A DNA stretch of 32,000 nucleotides from Flavobacteriaceae bacterium (GTDB lineage: Bacteria > Bacteroidota > Bacteroidia > Flavobacteriales > Flavobacteriaceae). Shown one piece after another: positions 26,120 to 32,000 of this stretch (position 1 is the stretch's first letter; each line of letters starts with the position of its first letter). Position numbers and translations under genes: made by a program. The stretch is from positions 2,670,001-2,702,000 of the forward strand of contig OZ245049.1 in the NCBI GenBank assembly GCA_965224465.1, in the 5' to 3' direction. The notes below the pieces were generated by a model that saw only the letters and a program-made list of their open reading frames with translations, was not told the DNA's origin and searched no databases.

Positions 26120-27001
26120 ATGTACTTATCAGGCTTTAAAGACGCTCCCTATTTAATGATAAAACCAAATTCAGATTTAGATAACATTAATCCAGATTTC
26201 CTAAAAGACAAATACACGATCAGACTGTCTGGTAAATTTGATGATTTATTTTTGAAAAAATTCAACAAAATCTATAAAAATATTTCTAATTTGGATATCG
26301 GAAACCAATATGGAGATGGAGATAATTCATTTATTTATCAACTAATAAATTTAAAAGGTCTCGTTATTTCACTATATAAAGATTCAAGTTTTATTTTAGA
26401 TTGCAGTAAACTTCCAAAATCACTGTATTCATTACATTTACAAGTTTATTCAAAAAAAAACATACTTAATATTGAAGCTTTAAATAAAACAGATTTACAA
26501 CACCTAACAATTTCAGATTACGACGAAAAAGACCTGACAAAATTAAGTAGCTTAACGCATTTAAAAAGTTTAAGTTTTAAAACTGCTAAAATAAAATCAT
26601 TAAAAGGCATTGAACCATTAAGCAATCTTACATGTCTTTCTTTTGGAGGAGTAAGAAGCCTTACAGATATCTCACAAATAACAACTTTACAAAAACTAAA
26701 ATATCTAGAATTTGATATTTGTTGGAAATTAGAAGATTTCAGTCCCATAGGAAATATTAAAGAGCTGGAAGTTTTAGAACTTATGGATTGTAAAAACTTA
26801 GCTTCTATTAAATTTGTAAAGGCAACACATAAGTTGAGGCAACTATACACTTTAGGCACAACAATAATTAATGATTTTGACACAACTCCCGCTGAAAACA
26901 TTCCTATTTATTTTGGAAGTCGTGCTTCAAAAAAATACAATCAAGAATACCCCGATAAAGAAATAAAAGAAGGACAAAAATCTTGGAGTAACTATTTGTA
27001 A
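26120..27001 (+). CDS. Cytoplasmic leucine-rich-repeat protein (candidate cognate immunity protein)
   Basis: About 7 tandem LRR units of roughly 22 aa (LTHLKSLSFKTAKIKSLKGIEPLSNLTCLSFGGVRSLTDISQITTLQKLKYLEFDICWKLEDFSPIGNIKELEVLELMDCKNL). No signal peptide. The ATG is 2 nt after the toxin stop. The LRR call is firm; the immunity role is inferred. Confidence 0.65.
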   Translation: MYLSGFKDAPYLMIKPNSDLDNINPDFLKDKYTIRLSGKFDDLFLKKFNKIYKNISNLDIGNQYGDGDNSFIYQLINLKGLVISLYKDSSFILDCSKLPKSLYSLHLQVYSKKNILNIEALNKTDLQHLTISDYDEKDLTKLSSLTHLKSLSFKTAKIKSLKGIEPLSNLTCLSFGGVRSLTDISQITTLQKLKYLEFDICWKLEDFSPIGNIKELEVLELMDCKNLASIKFVKATHKLRQLYTLGTTIINDFDTTPAENIPIYFGSRASKKYNQEYPDKEIKEGQKSWSNYL

Positions 27002-27334
27002 CGAGAACAAAACATAGCTCCTAAAAACTAAAATAGAAACGGCTTATTCCTGTTTCACATACAATCATAAAAAAAAGACAATAAAACGAGAATTTATCCA
27101 TAAAATAACTCAAAACAAACAGACACTATTACACACCACAAGGCATTTGGAGAGGGAAGTTACTTCCCTCCTGACGGATATGGTTTAGAAAAAAACTCCA
27201 AATAAACAATATAAATAATTCTGGTATTCTACACTATTGGCCAGTAAAATACGCAGCATTCACTTTTATCAAAATACAACATACAATCGTTTTTTTTTGC
27301 GCTATATAAAAAACAAAACTCTCCAAACAAATAA

Positions 27335-27445
27335 CACCAATTACAATTCAAAATAACCGATATAATTAGGTTGTTTTACGTTCTAGCGTTGTTGAAAAAC
27401 AGAACGATAGCTACGGCTATCCATCCATTCCCCGCCTAACTATAA
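27335..27445 (+). repeat. MITE-like intergenic repeat, copy E (first of a head-to-tail pair, right end missing)
   Basis: caccaattacaattcaaaataaccgatataattaggttgttttacgttctagcgttgttgaaaaacagaacgatagctacggctatccatccattccccgcctaactataa. Confidence 0.8.
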
Positions 27446-27605
27446 CACCAATTAAAATTCAAAATGACAGATATAAATAGTTTATTTTACGTTCTATCGT
27501 TCTTAAAAAATAGAACGACAGCTACGGCTATCCATCCATTCCCCGCCTAACTAGATTAAAAAACAATTCTATTTCTAAACCTTCACTTGGGGATGTATTT
27601 GGCAT
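27446..27605 (+). repeat. MITE-like intergenic repeat, copy F (full length, variant right arm)
   Basis: caccaattaaaattcaaaatgacagatataaatagtttattttacgttctatcgttcttaaaaaatagaacgacagctacggctatcc...ctagattaaaaaacaattctatttctaaaccttcacttggggatgtatttggcat. Confidence 0.8.
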
Positions 27606-27701
27606 AAGAGATAAGACAAGAACAATCATGAATAAATAACCTATTAAATCAATTCATTCTTTTTAGAATCCCTAAATTTGTTTGATATAAAAACAAGACA
27701 C

Positions 27702-28978
27702 ATGGATAAATCTTCTCAAGAGTTATTAGCATTTATAGATAAAAGCAGCACTTCGTTTCACGCAGTAGATGTGATACAAAAAAAACTAGACACCTTAGAC
27801 TACGAGCAACTTATAGAAACCGAAAAGTGGCATATTTCTGCGAACTCAAAATATTATATCACGCGAGCAGACGGTTCATTATTGATGATTCATACTCCAA
27901 AAAATATCAGCAAGTCAAACCCATTTAAGATGATTGGTGCGCATACCGATTCTCCTTGTTTAAAAGTAAAAAGCAACCCTACTTCTATAAAATCGGGCTA
28001 TTGCATGCTAAACGTAGAAGTTTATGGAGGTGTTTTACTCAGCAGTTGGTTTGACAAAGACATCCAAATAGGAGGTCGTGTTTTTACTGAAAACAAGGCA
28101 GGGGAATTAAAAAGTCACCTCATCACTTTACCCTATAAATTACGCATTCCTCGCTTGGCAATACATTTAGACAGGGAGGTAAACAAAGCAGGTTTTAAAA
28201 TCAACGCGCAGGAACACGTGTTCCCTATTATGGGATTAGACACCAGCATTTCTTTTGACAAATTACTATTAAAAGAGATAACAAACAGCGATGGTCTCAC
28301 TATTTTAAGTACCGATTTGTTTTTATTTGATGCCCAAGCATCCAGTTTTGGAGGAGTCGAAAACGAATTTATTTACGCACCTCGATTGGATAATTTATCA
28401 AGTACACACGCTGCATTGGAATCGTTAAAAACACAAGATTTCCACCATGATAATTTTCAAGTAGCTGTATTTTTTCAGCATGAAGAAATTGGTTCTAAAA
28501 GTCAAAACGGAGGAGACTCCAACTTTTACAAGTGAGTTTAAATCGAATTACCAGTGCTTTGGACTGGAAAAACGAAGACTTCTCACAGTCCATGGCTAAA
28601 TCGTATTTTATTTCTGCAGACATGGCACATGCAGTACACCCGAATTATGCAGAAAAACACGATAAAAACCACCAACCACATATAAACAAAGGACTTGTAA
28701 TCAAAGCCAATGCCAATATCCGATACGCTACTGATGCGTTTTCTATTGCAAAATTCAAGCAATGGTGTCACAAAGCCGGCGTTTCCTACCAAGATTTCTG
28801 TTCTAGAAACGATGTAGGCTGTGGATCTACCATAGGCCCTATGACGGCTTCAAAACTAGGAGTAGCCACTATAGATATCGGAAATCCAATGCTTTCCATG
28901 CACAGTATTCGTGAAATGGCAGGAAGCAAAGACCACGGAGAATTAATTAAAGTTTTCAATGTTTTTTACAAGAGTTAA
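27702..28978 (+). pseudogene. apeB: M18-family aspartyl aminopeptidase, interrupted by a -1 frame break
   Basis: Two ORFs overlap by 4 nt (27678-28535 frame 0, 28532-28978 frame 2). Together they rebuild a ~430-aa M18 aminopeptidase (HTDSPCLKVK, EEIGS..., MHSIREM). The break is at a T4 run (28524-28527), and one extra T would give ...GGDSNFLQVSLNRI... The probable true start is the ATG at 27702. Confidence 0.8.
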
Positions 28979-29010
28979 GAACATCAATTATGCGGTCACC
29001 TAAAGCATAG

Positions 29011-29050
29011 AAAATGTATTTCTAAATGGAAATTTAGAAATACATTTTTA
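29011..29050. terminator. Strong bidirectional terminator between the aminopeptidase and the zinc-ribbon gene
   Basis: 17-nt perfect arms aaaatgtatttctaaat (29011-29027) / atttagaaatacatttt (29032-29048) with loop GGAA. An A-run and T-run are built into the arms. Confidence 0.75.
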
Positions 29051-29212
29051 TTAATTCTAGGTAACAAACTTAGAAACAGCAATAGCTATTGTTCCATTTT
29101 TTAACAATAAATAGGCGTAAAAAGATATAATTCTCATCGCTTACTTAGACCTATTTTCGGTACAATTAAGCAAGGTCACCTAATATGGGACTCGCTTAAA
29201 ATAACGCATATT

Positions 29213-30301
29213 TTAATCACCAAACAACAAAAACAAGCCTCCAATCACTGTAATTCCAGCCAGTACGGCAAAGAATATTTTCCAGTAAGAAACAGGATTA
29301 TCTCCTGTAATTTTACCGTTTTCTCCATTGATAAAAAAGGAATACAACTTCCCGTTATAACGATAACTGCTTCTATAAACAGGCAACAAAATATGCTTAA
29401 AACTTTCGTCCTCCAAAGTAATGGCTGCTTGGTGTATTTGTTGCGTATCACCACCTATATCTTGTCGAATCCATCGATGGGCAATCTGTTTTGCTTGTTT
29501 AAAAGAGGCTTTATGCCCTTCTTTTAAAGAAACGGTGTATTTTTCTGTAACAAATCCATTCAAAAATTGCTGATGAAATGGTTGCAGCTTTTTTAAATCC
29601 CATCCATAAATACGTTTAGGAATCTGATTTTTCCTTTCAACAGTAGCACTTACCAAAATATCATCTACAAAACCTTTAACACTTCCAGACGCAGAAGACC
29701 AGCTAGTTTTTCGCACCTGCTGCCTCTTTGTGCCTTTGGATGTTTTTACAGTTCTTGTCTCATAATAGTAATCGCCACGCATGCCCTTATAAAGAGCGCT
29801 CAAATTAGCATCAAAAGTCCAGAACGGTACATATAAACCCTGGAGTTTCTCAGGATCTAATACAGCTTTTTTTAATTTGTTAGGCACAAACCACAAGCTA
29901 TTGATCCATTTAAAAAACAGTTGACGAGATTGCGTTTTATCAATTTGAAAAGGCAAGACAGCGCCGGGCATAATCCAACCTTCTTTATGTACGTCCTCTA
30001 CCATCAAAGGCTCATTACAGTACACACAACTTAAACTTTTAAAACGTTCTTGTACATGTTGATTTGAGCCACAACTCTTGCATTTGATCAAGTCTATTTT
30101 ATCTGTAAAAGCATTGTCGCCCACCACTTTTAAATAGTGCGTTAACTCAAGTTCTTCAAAACTGGTTTTTGACTGCTCTATAAATTCTTCATAGCCACAA
30201 TACGCACATTCTAATTGCGTACTCCCTGGCTTAAAAGCAAGGGCTGCACCGCAATCGGCACAGCTCTTTTTAATTGCTGTATTTTTAATTTCGTCTTGCA
30301 T
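29213..30301 (-). CDS. Double zinc-ribbon, C-terminally membrane-anchored protein (YdjG-like)
   Basis: Two CxxC-N(14-17)-CxxC ribbons (CADCG...CAYCG and CKSCG...CVYCN). One C-terminal TM helix (YWKIFFAVLAGITVIGGLFLLFG). It lies 19 bp downstream of the SPFH gene. Confidence 0.5.
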   Translation of the reverse strand: MQDEIKNTAIKKSCADCGAALAFKPGSTQLECAYCGYEEFIEQSKTSFEELELTHYLKVVGDNAFTDKIDLIKCKSCGSNQHVQERFKSLSCVYCNEPLMVEDVHKEGWIMPGAVLPFQIDKTQSRQLFFKWINSLWFVPNKLKKAVLDPEKLQGLYVPFWTFDANLSALYKGMRGDYYYETRTVKTSKGTKRQQVRKTSWSSASGSVKGFVDDILVSATVERKNQIPKRIYGWDLKKLQPFHQQFLNGFVTEKYTVSLKEGHKASFKQAKQIAHRWIRQDIGGDTQQIHQAAITLEDESFKHILLPVYRSSYRYNGKLYSFFINGENGKITGDNPVSYWKIFFAVLAGITVIGGLFLLFGD

Positions 30302-30320
30302 ATTATTGCATCAAAAAAAA

Positions 30321-31454
30321 TTAGATTGTTGGTAATGGCGGAGGGGTATTACCTCCTAAAAATGACTTTAATTCTTCCACGTTTTTTAAAGCAGTCCAAG
30401 AGGTCATGCCTTGTTTCCATACCAATGAATCTTTATTGATTACACGAGTTGCAAACAAACTTTTAAGAACACTCATAGCAACGGGACCCGCCTGCTGGCC
30501 ATTTGCTGCATAAAAATACTGAACCGCTGTAGGTATTGGTGGAGGCATTACTGATGTAGGAGACTGAACACTTGCCTGTGCCCCTTGCATTGGGTTCATA
30601 AACTGTCCCATTTGCTGCGCCATAGCAAAGCCCATTCCCATACCCATTCCTGCACCCGCAGCACCACTTTCGTTTGCTGCAGCAACTTCAATAGCCTTTG
30701 CTGCTTTGAATTGGGTGAGTTTATTTAAATCTATTTTATTCAATCTAGAATACTCAAAAATTTCTTTTTTAAGTTCTTCTGGCATCGAAACGTTCTCTAT
30801 ATAAAACCGTTCCAATTCTATTCCTACCCTATCAAACTCTGCCTGCATTACATCTTGACATGTTTGAGACAATTCGGTGGTATTAGCAGCGTACAATTCA
30901 ATCGGAATATTCGCCTTCCCAACGGTATCCGTAAAGCGTGTTGCAATTAAACTCTTTAAGTGTTCGTTGATTTCAAAACTGGTAAAATTACCATCTGTCC
31001 CCACAACATCAACAATAAACTTTCCCGCGTCTTCTATTCTAAAACTATAAGTTCCAAAAGCTCTGATTTCCACCAGTCCATAACGTTCATCATTTAAAAT
31101 AATAGGATTTTTAGTTCCCCATTTTTCATCTGTAAACAAATGTGTATTCACAAAATACACTTCGGCTTTAAAAGGAGAATTGAAACCGTATTTCCAGCCC
31201 TTTAATGTACTTAAAACGGGAAGGTTTTGGGTTGTTATATCGTAGGTTCCTGGTTTAAAAACATCTGCCAGCTTTCCTTCGTTGATAAAAACCGCTGTCT
31301 GACCTTCTCTTACGATTAATTTGGCACCATTTTTAATTTCGTTTTGATAGCGTTCAAAACGGTGTACAATCGTGTTATCTGTAGCATCTAACCATTCTAC
31401 TATGTCAATAAATTCGTGACTTAGTTTATTTTTAATATCATCAAAAATTCCCAT
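30321..31454 (-). CDS. SPFH/Band-7 domain protein (YdjI / 'virion core protein-like' type) with a C-terminal GYF_2 domain
   Basis: The N-terminal two-thirds match the YdjI-type SPFH pattern (MGIFDxIK...VEWxD...LIVREGQxAVF...G.Y.L.T.N.P). A Gly/Met/Ala/Gln-rich linker follows. The C-terminal part reads YFYAANGQQAGPVAMSVLKSLFATRVINKDSLVWKQGMTSWTALKNVEELKSFL, a GYF_2-like motif. Confidence 0.8.
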   Translation of the reverse strand: MGIFDDIKNKLSHEFIDIVEWLDATDNTIVHRFERYQNEIKNGAKLIVREGQTAVFINEGKLADVFKPGTYDITTQNLPVLSTLKGWKYGFNSPFKAEVYFVNTHLFTDEKWGTKNPIILNDERYGLVEIRAFGTYSFRIEDAGKFIVDVVGTDGNFTSFEINEHLKSLIATRFTDTVGKANIPIELYAANTTELSQTCQDVMQAEFDRVGIELERFYIENVSMPEELKKEIFEYSRLNKIDLNKLTQFKAAKAIEVAAANESGAAGAGMGMGMGFAMAQQMGQFMNPMQGAQASVQSPTSVMPPPIPTAVQYFYAANGQQAGPVAMSVLKSLFATRVINKDSLVWKQGMTSWTALKNVEELKSFLGGNTPPPLPTI

Positions 31455-31530
31455 GTTATTTTTTTGGTTAAATATAAGAATATTTTAGAAAACAGCCCCA
31501 TAGTTCCACTTCACACGTTGAGAACTATTT

Positions 31531-31606
31531 TACCAGCAATTACAATCCAAAATGATCGATATAAATGATTTATTTTACGTTGTATCGTTGTTCAAAAACA
31601 GACCAC
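31531..31606 (+). repeat. MITE-like intergenic repeat, copy G (left half only, degenerate)
   Basis: taccagcaattacaatccaaaatgatcgatataaatgatttattttacgttgtatcgttgttcaaaaacaga... Confidence 0.55.
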
Positions 31607-31616
31607 ACTTACGCCC

Positions 31617-32000
31617 CTATATGATCAAGCGCACACCACCGAGCTCTTCAATTCTATACGGGAACTTTTCACTTGGAGAACCAATAAACATAAAATTGAT
31701 TGGAATATTCCATTGTTCAGAAAGTTCACGAATCAATGCAGGAGAAAACACCCCTTCAACAACAACAAGTTCCACATCGATCTCTGGATATTCCCTGTCT
31801 AAAAAGCCAATCTCTAATTTCAGATGTTCTGGTTGCTGTTGTCCTTTTTTAAGAACAATTGCAATTTTAATTTTTTTGGTATGTTCGTTTTTAGATACAT
31901 ACAACATCACCTTATTCAAAGACGCAATATTATCGCCTTTGGTAAAAAACACAAACTCTTGTTCATTGATATCATCGATCAATTGTTGTATTTTTTTATC
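31617..32000 (-). CDS. 3' part of a gene truncated by the window edge, possibly the C-terminal cytoplasmic domain of an APC-type permease
   Basis: The frame stays open to the window end. The tail ...FMFIGSPSEKFPYRIEELGGVRLII resembles the conserved C-terminus I associate with a long Bacteroidota permease family. That is recollection only, with no diagnostic motif. Confidence 0.4.
   Translation of the reverse strand, partial: DKKIQQLIDDINEQEFVFFTKGDNIASLNKVMLYVSKNEHTKKIKIAIVLKKGQQQPEHLKLEIGFLDREYPEIDVELVVVEGVFSPALIRELSEQWNIPINFMFIGSPSEKFPYRIEELGGVRLII

Noticed and set aside
27152-27170. Hairpin gagggaag-tta-cttccctc downstream of the LRR gene, considered as its terminator
   Set aside because: The loop is only 3 nt, no T-run follows, and it lies about 150 bp past the stop. 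The stem resembles the 5578 hairpin, but the evidence for function is insufficient.
27335-27605. Tandem repeat pair considered as a possible CRISPR array
   Set aside because: There are only two units of about 110-160 bp, directly abutting with no unique spacers. The same sequence is dispersed singly elsewhere in both orientations, and no cas genes are present. It is a mobile or REP-like repeat, not CRISPR.
28994-29183. 10-bp direct repeat ggtcacctaa at 28994-29003 and 29174-29183, flanking the strong terminator
   Set aside because: It is a single short pair with no associated ORF, inverted repeat or further copies. It could easily be chance, so it is too weak to call an element boundary or binding site.

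Overview
This 32-kb window looks like a low-GC Bacteroidota (Flavobacteriia-type) chromosome. The evidence for that is a SusC/SusD pair, many Cys-lipobox lipoproteins, no obvious Shine-Dalgarno sites and an IS1595-family element. Most of the window is ordinary chromosome. It holds a nitrite-ammonification module (nrfA plus split ccsB/ccsA haem lyase genes) and a divergent oxyR-ahpCF peroxide regulon. It also holds a patatin-like lipase, a SusC/SusD/lipoprotein/M16-peptidase locus, a Gfo/Idh/MocA oxidoreductase, an OmpA/lipocalin lipoprotein pair, an APC permease, a frameshifted M18 aminopeptidase and an SPFH-GYF/zinc-ribbon membrane pair. Two things stand out. (1) At 24243-27001 there is a tightly packed four-gene cassette. 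It consists of a Bacteroidota-type Hcp/TssD tube protein with a ~100-aa C-terminal extension, a small unknown protein, a protein that reads as pre-toxin-TG plus a GIY-YIG nuclease, and a cytoplasmic leucine-rich-repeat protein that is a candidate immunity factor. No other T6SS gene is in the window. The cassette is embedded in G-poor non-coding DNA and bracketed by 29-bp perfect direct repeats. (2) A MITE-like intergenic repeat family of about 110-165 bp occurs at least 8 times. It has terminal inverted repeats and a conserved hairpin whose loop differs between copies (GAAA, UACG or UAA). One copy supplies the C-terminus and stop codon of the patatin gene, and another splits ahpC from ahpF. 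All functional calls rest on motif recognition by eye; no database search was run.
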